This document shows, one piece after another, positions 20,563 to 40,034 of a stretch of DNA of 64,000 nucleotides. Under the pieces are notes generated by a model. The model did no database searches. It saw only the letters and a list, made by a program, of their open reading frames with translations, and was not told where the DNA came from. The DNA comes from Flaccisagitta enflata (lineage: Eukaryota). How positions within the stretch are numbered: position 1 is the stretch's first letter; each line of letters opens with the position of its first letter. Made by a program: the position numbers and the translations under genes. The stretch is from assembly GCA_965153355.1 (NCBI GenBank), contig OZ231126.1:47802001-47866000 (forward strand), in the 5' to 3' direction.

Positions 20563-22898
20563 AGGGACATCGCTTGCCCTCGTTTTCCAGGCTACCCCGG
20601 GGAAATAAGGTAGCAGGAGGGGTCCTTGATTAATACGGTACGCTTTATTATTACGTCGACACCACTGAAAATCGAAGTAGTTATAATTGCAAACTTAAAG
20701 CGTAGATTAAATTAAATCATTCCACTTCCCGCTATCCCGCACATGAATTTTGATGGGCTATCGACCATCATACTATGTGGATAAACTATTAGGTTTTCAG
20801 ACCAAGTAGTAGCGATTCTGCAAAGGCAATAGGCATGTGGTCGGGTGTGTTAATATGTTAAAGGTCTTTTGATCAAACAATATTAGAGAATGGAAATAAA
20901 TAATGTAACACTCTTAAAATTTTTTTTTCTCAGTTTTTATTCATTTTCTACTCTTTTTTTCAAACCTCCATTTTGCCCCTAATAGCCCCTAATTTGTATA
21001 TTACTGTGTTGTTAATTAATTATCAGAAAATTAATTAAAAGGATTTTAAAGTTAAAATACTTTTAAATTATAATGCTACAAAATAAAATACCGAGTTTGT
21101 AAGCTGGGTGTAGTCACCAATAATATTTATATCTTTATTAATCCCTAATTGCTTTAAAACAATTATAATATTAATAGTTAAATTTTTAAAATACATTATT
21201 TTATTTCTTAAAATTAATAATGAGATTAAAACAACTTAAGCATATTGACACACCCGAGTCATGTGGTCCTTATGTCCCTCAGTTATGTTGATATACATCA
21301 GACTGAATTCATTAGTCTGTCCAATGACCATTTGTTCGCGACTGCTGATTAAACGGCCTACTGTTTTCTTCCTTTTAGCTTTACCGGACGTTTGTCTTTT
21401 TGTTTGACAAAATTTTAGCCTAAATGATTCGATCCGCAAAAAGGCTTCAAACATAAGTCATCCCAGACAGACTAATCAGTTTTTCGAAATAACAACTTAA
21501 TTGACAAAACTTTCCACAGTTCTCCTATCAATTTACGTAAGCATGAAATAATCTCGTTATACGGCGATATTGTCTTTTTGCATCTCCAGTTTGGTCATAT
21601 GTTCAGTGTTTTTGTGATAATCATTTTTTCTAATTTTCACATTTGCGCATTTTACTTGCGATCATTAAACACTTTTGGAATACTATGCAAAGCGACTTTT
21701 TCCATAAAATCTCACAGTAACTCTCCCAAGTCAACGTTTATAGGAACATCTGTACATCTAGCCACATCACCATACCCGTAAGAAAAATACAAGACGTTAA
21801 TCCCCAAAGTAGCGCAGTAGATCCCGTATAACCTTGACATGATAGGGGCTAGCATGTTGGAAAAATATTTAAACTTTAAAATGATGTTTGGATTACATTT
21901 TTTTTATATAAGAGACCAGTTTATAAGAGACAATATCCTGAGATTTGTCAAAATTTTAAGAACAAAATAAGAGAATGGCCAAGCTGAAACTGATTTTAAC
22001 TCTTTAAAGGGCTGCAACTCTGGACTGGGCGTGAATTTCAAGAATCGTTCTTATAAAGCAAATAGTGTTGACATAAGTTTTTATTCCCTAGCATATGTGT
22101 AAGTCACAGTGCAAACGAAGACGAAATTTGACCAGTCAAAGGGTGATGAAAATGAAGTTTGCATATTCATGAAATTTTTTTTACCATTCTTTAAAAAAGT
22201 TTATGGGCTGTTAAAAAATAAAAAATCAATGCAAAATCTTTTTTCGTTTAGGCGCTATATAAAAAAATAAAATTTAAAAAAATTGTTAAATTAAGGCCAA
22301 CTTCAAAAACATTTTTTTGTGTTTTAAGCGCTCCCATTTTGATGAAATTTGACATGGAGGTAGTACTTGATGTGAAGTACCTCCAGTTAAAATCGGTCTA
22401 CTTTAAGGGGGGTAATAACAGCATTTTTCATAAATATTTAAAAAAAAACATGTTTTTTTCTTAATTTAGATACCTGAAAATTATCACACATTGATTTTTT
22501 TTTCTATACAACTTATTTAGAGTCCATTTGGTGTACATGCCAAGTGTCAGGGCTATGAATCAATTTTTGGAAAGCTTGTTGAGTGAAAAAGGGCTTAAAA
22601 TTAGCAAATTTTGTAATTTTTGGTTGACAGCCCTTAAATGAATTATTATATAACACCCAAAAATGCCTCCCAGGGTCATGAACATTTTACAGGCATCACC
22701 AACAGACCCCTTAAGGAATTTTGGCCTATGGTTTGTAAGTTCCTGCAATGCTATATCAAAATTTTCAAAATTATGTTCTAAGAACATCAAAAAACTTTCC
22801 TCAATTGACATTGGTCATAAGAGTAGAAAAAACGAGCCCGGGCGGGCAACTCTATTCGTCATCAGCGCGATACACTTTTTTTTTATAGGAGACAACAT

Positions 22899-23586
22899 TT
22901 CTAGTCGCTGCCTAAGCGACTCTATAAGAGGGTGTGTCCCTTTATCTGAATGTCTGTCTGAATGTCTGTCTGAATGTCTGAGTGTCTGTAACGCGAAAAT
23001 TTTAATGACGCGAAATCGACTGAAAAACGGATTTCTGACCATAACAGCCCCTGCCTAGTGTCAATACAGCCCCCGCCCACTCATATACTGCCCCTGCCCA
23101 CTCACATCACTGCCCCTGCCCACCAGCAGCGACTACGGATTGGCCGTGTATCCGGCCTTGTTCAACTCAGCCTGGATGTTCTTAAAAGTATTTGAAGAAT
23201 GGAGACACGTTACTCTATAAGAGGCTTTGTCCGTCGGTCCGTTGGTCCGTTGGTCCGTTGGTCCGTCCGTCAGCATGAGTTGCATTTCCGCCCCTGCCCA
23301 CCCGTCCACAACTGGTGGCTGTGTATCAGGCCTTGTTCCTATTTTCATTTATCCTCCGTATTTGTTTCGCGAAAAACATTTCCAGCGTCATGCAAATTAG
23401 GATAAGAGGCAACATTTCTGTTTGTCTATCTAGTGGTCTCTGTCCGTTTTTAGAGGCTTTGTCCGTCCGTCCGTCCGTCGGTTGGTCGGTTGGTCCGTGA
23501 GCACGAGTCGAAAAGTGTGAAAACGCGCATTTCCGCCCCTGCCCACCCGTCAGCAACTGGTATTGGCCGTGTATCCGGCCTTGTTC
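22899..23586 (+). mobile_element. Three adjacent HINE/DINE-1-like copies
   Basis: Units share (CTATA)AGAGG-(GTCY)n...CCCCTGCCCACC...GTGTATC(C/A)GGCCTTGTT; units end near 23162, 23337 and 23585. Confidence 0.65.
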
Positions 23587-23949
23587 TTTCAATGTATGCA
23601 CAAATGTCCATAATTGTACATTTTGGTAACATTCTGGGCCCCCGCTACATTCATTCGTAATGACTACTACGAAGCAGGATCTTGACTAGGTTTACCTCAA
23701 CTTTCATTTGATCCCCATTCACTCAGATTCACCATCCTCATCTGGCGTAAGTCTTAACAGAAGCTAGACCAAAACACTACACTGCTATGTCAGTCCGACT
23801 GTCTCCCTCTGTCTGTCTCCTATTGTCTCTCTCCATTTGTCTATCTCCGTCAGTTTGTAAGTCTGTTTTTCTGCCAGCCTGTCTCCGTTTTTTTGTCTGT
23901 CAGTATCTCTGCCAGCCTCTATCTCCTCCTAGCTTTTTTACCGTCTCCG

Positions 23950-24000
<51 letters not shown>

Positions 24001-24041
24001 CACATTCTTACCCACGTCTTCTCATCGTTTTTTTCCAAATA

Positions 24042-26100
<2,059 letters not shown>

Positions 26101-27659
26101 TAGAAAACAAAATCTGCAAAATTCTGTCTGAGTGTTCTCGCGTGAAAGTCTAAGTTTGCATAGAAACGCACAAAATCAAAAAAACAAACACATGGCCCTG
26201 TTCTACATTCACTAGAGATCACAGCCATGTTCTTGGAAATGCAAAATTTGACTCGTGGAGGCAGTCTTAGACTTTCACGTCCAAGAAATAATATTTTCAA
26301 AAGCTCTCACTCTTGATTTTTTTTCTGTAGTAAGGTCAAAATAAGCAGAAAAAAACTTTCGGGAGGGTAAATTTTTGAGACCTAATGATGGTCAGGGTTC
26401 CAACTGACAAAGATTAAATGGCGGTTTTGTGTTTGAGTGACTTATGATAATACAATACATCAAAATTCCCTGACTTCTCTGAATATGCAAATTGGCTTCG
26501 CAACCAGGGGGAGGTACATATTTTTAGGGATTTTTGCTTTTTGGCTGGGAGTAAATACCAGCGAACGTAAGTAGTCGTACCGTAGGTCTATGGCACCACC
26601 CATGACCGGTCATTTAGTCTTCGGGTCTGTATCATACAAAGAAAATATGATATCACACTCAAAAGGTAGGAAAATGTCGCAACGCTAGATTCTCCCTTTG
26701 GTGGAATTTCCCAAATAGGTTTTTGCTATTCCCTTCTTGTTTCTGGACTTAGAATCGATTCAAGCATGTCGATAGGTACCTTAGCTATTCCCCCACTGGT
26801 GTAAAGGATGGAGGGAACAAAACGGAAAAGATTTGAGTGTGTTTTACACCTAAAAACTTGATGAAAAAATTGTTTTTTGACCGTCAACACTGCGACGTAA
26901 GCGCCAAGATGCTGCAAGACGCTTACCTTCCAGAGGCGACCTAGCCCCTTGGCAGACCCGTCTTAAAAAGTATATATTGACATTTTTTTGTATCAAAATT
27001 TCGTCCATTTTGGTCAAGTAGTTTGTCCTAAACATGGATTCCAAGTATAAGCTTCTATTTCAGGACTGGGCAGATTTCCCAATTAATTCTAGGAACTGTG
27101 CCAGTTAACATCACAATAATTTTTGAATCACATAAGCTATTAATTCAAAAGAGGCTTCAATCAGTGACGATTTTGAAGTAACTTAAAAATAAATTTCAGT
27201 TTATCTTTCATTAGAGATCAATCTTGTCTCTATAATATAAATAGTTACAAAATAATGAAAATGTAAACAAGTAGAATTCCAAATTTCTAATGGCGAATAT
27301 ATCAGATGGGAAAATACTTGTGGCACTTCAAATTTACGTAAAAGATAAACTACTTGACCTAAATAGCTAAAATTGAGATACAAATGATCTCTCAAGACTT
27401 GATCAATTTTAATTCCATGTCTTTTAGCATCAATGAGTAAAAGCTTATCAGAATCCGACAACTCAGGTGGATGACCCGGTATTGGGCCTCAGGGCGTGCT
27501 CGCCAGAGAGAGTTAAACTAACAAAGGGATTGAGCCCCTAAATGAGTGACTATCTGAAGGTGGAACAGATGCCATGGGCCGTTGATGATGTATTCTTAAC
27601 AATGCGAGCGGCTAATAACCACAGTACTGGAGCCCCAGATAATGCTCTAAACCAATAGT

Positions 27660-28390
27660 AACAGGTCACTCAAGGGCAATATGTGGTCAGCGATACCTGT
27701 TGCCCTGCTTTGCATGATTATGAATTGGAGTGAGAGGAAGCAGGGCAGCGGCCCCGAAGGGGACGAAGTCCTGTAGAACAGGGGACTTTCTTTCGTTCTG
27801 GCATTACGTCCCCCCTAGACCCTCTCAGGCCTGAAATCTGCCCTCTCAGCCCCAAATCTGCCCTCTCAGGCCTTGAATCTGAAAGGGCAGATTTAGGGCC
27901 TGAGAGGGCAGATTTCAGGCCTGAGAGGACAGATTTCAGGCCTGAGAGGGCAGATTTCAGGCCTGAGAGGGCAGATTTCAGGCCTGAGAGGGCAGATTTC
28001 AGGCTTGAAAGAACAAGTTTCAGGCCTGAAAGGGCAGATTTCAAGCCTGAGAGGGCAGATTTCAGGCCTGAGAGGAAAGATTTCAGGCCTGAGAGGGCAG
28101 ATTTCAAGCCTGAGAGGGCAGATTTCAGGCCTGAAAGGACAGATTTCAAGCCTGAGAGGGCAGATTTCAGGCCTGAAAGGACAGATTTCAGGCCTGAGAA
28201 GGCAGATTTTGGGCCTGAGAAGGCAGTTTTCAGGTCTGGAAAGGCAGTTTTCAGACCTGAGAAGGCAGATTTCAGGCTTGAGAGGGCAGATTTTGGGTCT
28301 GAAAGGGACCGGGGGGGGGGACAAACACATGAACGAACAAAAGTCCCGTGTTCTACAGGGCTTTGTCCCCTTCCGGGCCACTGCCCAAAA
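27660..28390 (-). mobile_element. Non-autonomous element with long sub-terminal IRs and internal 21-bp minisatellite (GGGCAGATTTCAGGCCTGAGA)n
   Basis: IR GGGCAGCGGCCCCGAAGGGGACGAAGTCCTGTAGAACA (27743) / TGTTCTACAGGGCTTTGTCCCCTTCCGGGCCACTGCCC (28386). Confidence 0.75.
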
Positions 28391-28523
28391 ACGGTAAGGA
28401 AAGGGTAGGTTATAAACACTTTTTTCGTAACAGCGTCATTTTTTGAGCAATCCTTCAATGTTCTTAAATTTTGAGCAGATTCAAGGCTTGAATGTTCTCA
28501 AATTGTTCTCAATTTAAACACAC

Positions 28524-29051
28524 TTTTTGGGCAGCGGCCCCAAAGGGCCCATGTCCTGTAGAACACAGGGGGGAATTTCGAGACGTCCGTCCTTCTGTCC
28601 GTCTTTCCGTCCGTCCTTCCGTCCGTCCCCCCCCGTTGACCATCAAGGCCTCAAATTAGCCCTCCCAGGACTCAATTTAGCCCTCCAGGCCTAAAATCAG
28701 CCCACTTGGTTTCAAATCAGCCCCCTCCCATGCCCTGAATCTGCCTCCCAGACCTCAAATCTGCCCTCCAGACCTTAAATTAGCCCTCCAAACTTAAAAC
28801 CAGCCCGCCAAACCTCAAATCTGCTCTCCAAGCCTTAATTATGCCCTCCAACCCTCAGATATGCCTTCAGTGGCATAAATCAGCCATCTAGAGCCCCCTC
28901 AGGACGGACGGACGTCTCGAAATTCCCCCCTGTGTTCTACAGGACATCGGCCCTTTGGGGCCGCTGCCCTGCTCTCACTCCACTTCTTCACTGGATCACT
29001 CAGCAGGGCATCGGGTACCGCTGACCATGTGCGATCCTTGGATGACTAGTT
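28524..29051 (+). mobile_element. Second, oppositely oriented element of the same family
   Basis: TTTTTGGGCAGCGGCCCC...GTCCTGTAGAACAC / GTGTTCTACAGGAC...GGGGCCGCTGCCC, degenerate ~20-bp internal repeats, and a homologous tail. Confidence 0.75.
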
Positions 29052-29420
29052 AACCTTCAATTAAAAGCGTTCTTAATTAGTTTTAATTAGTTTTAAGTTG
29101 GTCATTAAGGATAAAATGAAGGAAAATGTCAATGAAACAACAAAGTAGCAGATTTAAATGTTTTAAGTGAATCAAGATCAATAGTAGAAAAATATACGCT
29201 ATATAAAGTGAGACATGATTTGCTGACCAGAAAAGATACAGAGTCTGTCCATTTACACAGAACAATTAATTAAAAAAAAGGCAAGAAAAAAATGTTCTTA
29301 CATTTTTAAGCCTAATGTTCTTAAATTTTTGAAAAAATTAAGCCTTCGAATGTTCTTAGCATGTTCTTAAATCTTACAAAATTTGAAGCCTAATGTTCTT
29401 ATAAACTTGGTTCTTTTAAA

Positions 29421-29556
29421 AACAAGGCCGGATACACGGTAATCCAGTCGCGGACGGTTGGGCAGGAGCAGTAATGCAAAAACCGCTCGGAATTCAAAAA
29501 TGTGACGGACCTACCGACACGGCAAGGTGTAGAGTCGCGTGTCCGCGACTAAAAAA
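29421..29556 (-). mobile_element. HINE/DINE-1-like short element
   Basis: AACAAGGCCGGATACACGG...AGTCGCGTGTCCGCGACTAAAAA, the reverse of the family consensus. Confidence 0.6.
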
Positions 29557-31396
29557 GTGTAACAGAAATGCATCGGTTAAGGAGGGCATGAATGGGCTAT
29601 GACCAATAACGATAACAAATGATGGAAGCTACGGCTACTTCACGATAACAGCTATCTTCAAAGGCTCATGGCTCTAACTCAGTCCCGCCATGAGCTATAT
29701 TCATTTCCTGCCTCTTACATGTGTTTGACTCTGTGATTAAAGCTGCAGGGAGGGTGCCACACTTTTAGGGGTGAACTACTTTTATTTCACTTTCGTCTGT
29801 ATATAATTCAGCTGATTAGGAGTGGCTATGCAGTGGCACGCCGTATGCTGGGCAGTGCCAAATTCCTTAGCAACGACAACAAGAACATTAATAATACCAG
29901 TAAGGCCTTAGTTTCGTCAGAAGAACACTGTTTTAGTACTGTAGCAACTGTAAGTTCAGTTTGCATCCTGTAGCTCCTTGCCGCTACAAAAATCAGAGTT
30001 GTCAGTATGAGTCCACACAAGGCTCTACCTACATCCTCACTTCTGACATAGCAGGGATTTCCATTGACTATCATAGATAGCTCCTGACATAAAAATAGTT
30101 TGAATTGACTGGAATTGCCTGAAAATCGACAAGGATGAGCAAAATATAATCGATAATCAACCAAACGACCGTTATTGATATTAATGTATACTTTAATTTT
30201 ATGGTATTCATAGTCGCTCCCTTAAAAAATATTGCCTGGTTGTAATTTTTTCCAAACACGTCAATCGTGGTTAGGACTATAACAATCATATAGAGCTCAA
30301 AAGCCAGCAAAGAGCTTCAAAGCAAAGCTTGACACAGCTTCAAACCGGTAATGAGAGAACCCACGGGACATCATAGGTGAGCGTCATAACAGGGTGTGCT
30401 AAACAAAACCCGAAGTATCAGTGAAGCGCACTCCCACTTGGAATTATCCTAGTGGTGCTTTTGGCAATTTCAAGAATCTTTCTTATCTGATGTAGATTGA
30501 ATACATTTTTCGACGACTATCAAATAAATAGATATTTCTTGCGCCACCCTATCCTGGCTAAAAATTCCATGAACCCCCCAATCAGTCTTAAAAAGAGCGA
30601 CAGACAAACGGTAACGGCATGAGAGCGTGAGATCCCACCAAAGTATTGCCAAAGACATTTCGCGGCCATTCGGCGTGACTTTCGATGATAATATCAATTA
30701 GGGTAGTCGGCAATTTGGACAAATTTTACATATCGATATACATGGGCCCTTTGCACAAAAATCCAATAAAATTTACACAAGTAGGGGTATGGAATCAAAC
30801 AAGAAACTTTGTCGGCAAAACCATACTTTCTACGGGATTTTTTCATTGCCATAGGAAACCTATAGTTTATAGTTTAGCCGACATGGTTTAATCTTTAAAA
30901 TCAGACCTCTCCTTGTAGAAAAACCTTCTTTGGTACATTAATGCAATAACCAGGTGTATATCATACTTTTAAATGTAACCCTTGCCCCCGCCACCCTGAT
31001 ATTCATGTTAGCGAGAAAAAAAAACCCGGTGCATGACTGAGCTATGACAAAGAAAAATACGCAGAGATAAAACAATCATTCACTCGAAAAAAATTTTCAA
31101 CAATGAAAAGTTTCATAATTTTCAGAAATTGGAAGCCAGTCGATGCGACAGTCGCTCCTTATCGCTATATACAAATGAAAATGCAATTGTAAGGACAAAC
31201 AGACAGCAAAATTGCGTAACAACTTACTTGCTCACTAGGCCTACTCGTCCCATTTTCACAAAATAGTGTCTTTAAAAAAATGATGATAGCTCCTCAGTCT
31301 TCACTGTGGCAACGACGAAGGCGTTCACAAAAAAGAAAAAAAACAATATATCACAATGCAAATTTCGAAGCGTCTTTGTTAAGTGAGTCTACCGCC

Positions 31397-35527
<4,131 letters not shown>

Positions 35528-35944
35528 GGCGAGTCGATTCGACGAAAGATGTTATCGATTACAGATGAGACAAAATAATTAGAACAATTTAAACAGTTAA
35601 TTTACAGTAGTTTTTCTTTTTCAAGCGGGTTTGTTGGTTGTTGAAAAAATCGAAAACGTTCGCTCGCGCGCTCGTTCAAAGACGATGCGTGCGTACTAGG
35701 ACAACCCCATTATGTCTTTGTTACCAAAAAAGCAAAATTAGCAATTCTATAACTGAAAAGAGAAAAAAAGTGTTTCAATGAACATGGAATTAACTTTTCA
35801 ACGACTTATTTGGAAAGCTTTTTCTTAACACTTATGACATTTTTCATTAATAATTTGAACGAAAGAAGACCCGGGCCATATGGAGATGAAAGTCTATGGC
35901 CCTTGATCGTGACTCCAGAAATAATCGAGAGAAGCGTCAAATCT

Positions 35945-36739
<795 letters not shown>

Positions 36740-37395
36740 TTATCTTTTTATCGAAAACAAAACTAAAAACGCGGATAAAAATGGAAAAGATAGAGAGAAG
36801 AGGGAAGAATTTGTTCATAAGGTATATGTGTAACTTTTGGAATGAGTGATTAATACACGTGTAATAGAAATGAATAGTAACAATCAAATTGACTTAGTTT
36901 CAAACAGTGCGAGTGAAGATCTAATATGGCTAGTCGGAGTCCTCAAATGAACAATCCGCAACGACCAAAAGATCATACAACCCGTCGCAAAAGCAAATAA
37001 ATAAATCTGACAAAGTGACATGCAAATTTGTTTTGTCATCCAGGAAAGGACAGTAAACACAGAGATATCACCAACTACCGAAAAAATGAAAGATGTAAAT
37101 AATCCCACGGCATTACATTGCGTAATACGTGGCACCATAGAAGAGAGCGTTAAAACGAAAGGAGTAAAATTTTCGGCTTTCACTCAAGGAATTGATTTAC
37201 GAGACTACGCGAATCATTTTCGGTACTACGCGAATTAAAACGGAGGGGCAAGGAGTAAGAATGTATGTCAGAGACGGGCCTCTCTTTCTATGGACAGCTG
37301 GTTTTGGAATGTCGGTTTTTTATTCAATGGTCCTTGTTTCGTTTTTCTGCCAGAAGCACGGATGCAATATTATCACCATCCGATTTGTTTTCAAG

Positions 37396-38375
<980 letters not shown>

Positions 38376-38978
38376 AGTTTTTTTTTCTGTGAATCCCAAT
38401 TCTTTCGAATACCAATTTCTTTTCAATCCCAATCTCACTCTGAGAAAAATAAAGGTTTCGATTACACCTCAAAAATTATTTGCCGTTAACAAGGCTGCAT
38501 GTTGATGCAGTCAGGTAAAATCAAGATTATGATGATGATAATAAAACATCAAGATACGATAAACCAGGTGCAATTGTGGAGGATATACGACGACCATGAG
38601 CAAAGCCCGGATTTTGAAGCTGCCTGAAAACAACAAAGCCATTGCTACAGTCAATCGAATAAGGAAGTACGAAGACCCTTGCATAAAAAGCGCCCCATGA
38701 TATTGAATGCGCTACGCAATCCCAAAAGACAAAGACCCAGCTACCCCTCCTTCAGGGGAGCCACCTCCGTTAACGACTACATGTTCGTCATCGTGATGAG
38801 TCTTCCCTCTGCATTTCCCCCACGAAATTTACTTAGGACGAAAGAAATAACGCATCGCAAAAAAAAAGTCATGATGAAAGTTATTGAACAAGACACGTCG
38901 GGTGAGGAGAAAGGCCAATCTGCCATTCCCTCCCGTTGTTATTGATTCGTTCTCCCCGACGACATGATCACGATTCGA

Positions 38979-39660
38979 TCAGAAACCGTGAATTTTGAGT
39001 GACTCCTTTTGGCCGAGGCCGTTCTCCAATAGAAACGACTGCACATGCGCTCGCTGGTCACCCTGGAGGGAGAGAGGAACGAGAAAACAAATTTGTTGTA
39101 GTTCTATAGCTATATACCTTCTCACATAGTAGAGCTCTACTGGGAGAAAGAACAACGTTTCATGTCAAAAGCATATCTCTCACCTGCAACTGGATGACCT
39201 CTCCGTACTCCGGGTGCTCGATGACGGTACCGTTGCAGGCAAACTGTTTTTTCAGCGCCTTGACGATGCGTTTTTTGTCAAACTTCTCCGCGATTCCCTG
39301 TCACAAAAATGACAGTTAAAATGCGAGTACAAGACAGAATACAGCTCCGCGATCCCACCAAAAGAAAGCAGCAACATCATTGCGCCGATTTACCTGAACC
39401 GTGGTGAGGGTTTTGCGTCCGTTCCTTTGTTGGATTCGGATGTGAATGAGTGAGTCGCTATTCACACCCCCTCCCACATCGTCTTCGTTAACATCGAACG
39501 GGTCGAAGTTTGCAAGGTTCTGAATGCCAAGACGTTTTACACTTTAACATGAATCTTTGGCGGTAATTCCGCAAAAGAAATTGAGCCAGGGATTGAAAAA
39601 AAGCTCATAAAAGGTCAAAGGATGTTAAGTGAAGAAAAGCATTACCTGAAGTTGGGTCAT
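38979..39660 (-). CDS. EIF1: Translation initiation factor eIF1/SUI1; exons 39660-39646, 39519-39394, 39297-39184, 39062-38979
   Basis: MTQLQNLANFDPF...IHIRIQQRNGRKTLTTVQG...FACNGTVIEHPEYGEVIQLQGDQR...LKIHGF*. Not in the ORF track; assembled by hand. Confidence 0.97.
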
Positions 39661-40034
39661 TCGAAAAGGTGGTGTGGAACGACGGTTTGGAGAGAGAATG
39701 TGAAAAAAAGCGTTTATGTTTGATACTTGTGATACTGGTAAAGGACAAATGAATGTGTTATCAAATGACAAATGAGATGTCAGATGGCTACAGAGTTAGA
39801 GACCATAGCAAATTTCATGAGAGGATCAAAATCACAGACATATCAATCACGACTTATTAAAACACTAATGGACTAGTTTTTCAATTCATGACGATTGACG
39901 ATCACCAAGACGGAAGTAACGAAATTTCATAATTATTTTTGTAGTTATTTTTGATCAAGATGCTTTTTTTCATCACGTAAGCAATTAAATGCCAACCGCG
40001 CATCAGTTCCAGGTTCACCACACAATCCGTGGGA

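Noticed and set aside
27718-28458. 246-aa heptad (LKSALSG)n coiled-coil ORF
   Set aside because: 21-bp minisatellite inside a non-autonomous element; open in several frames.
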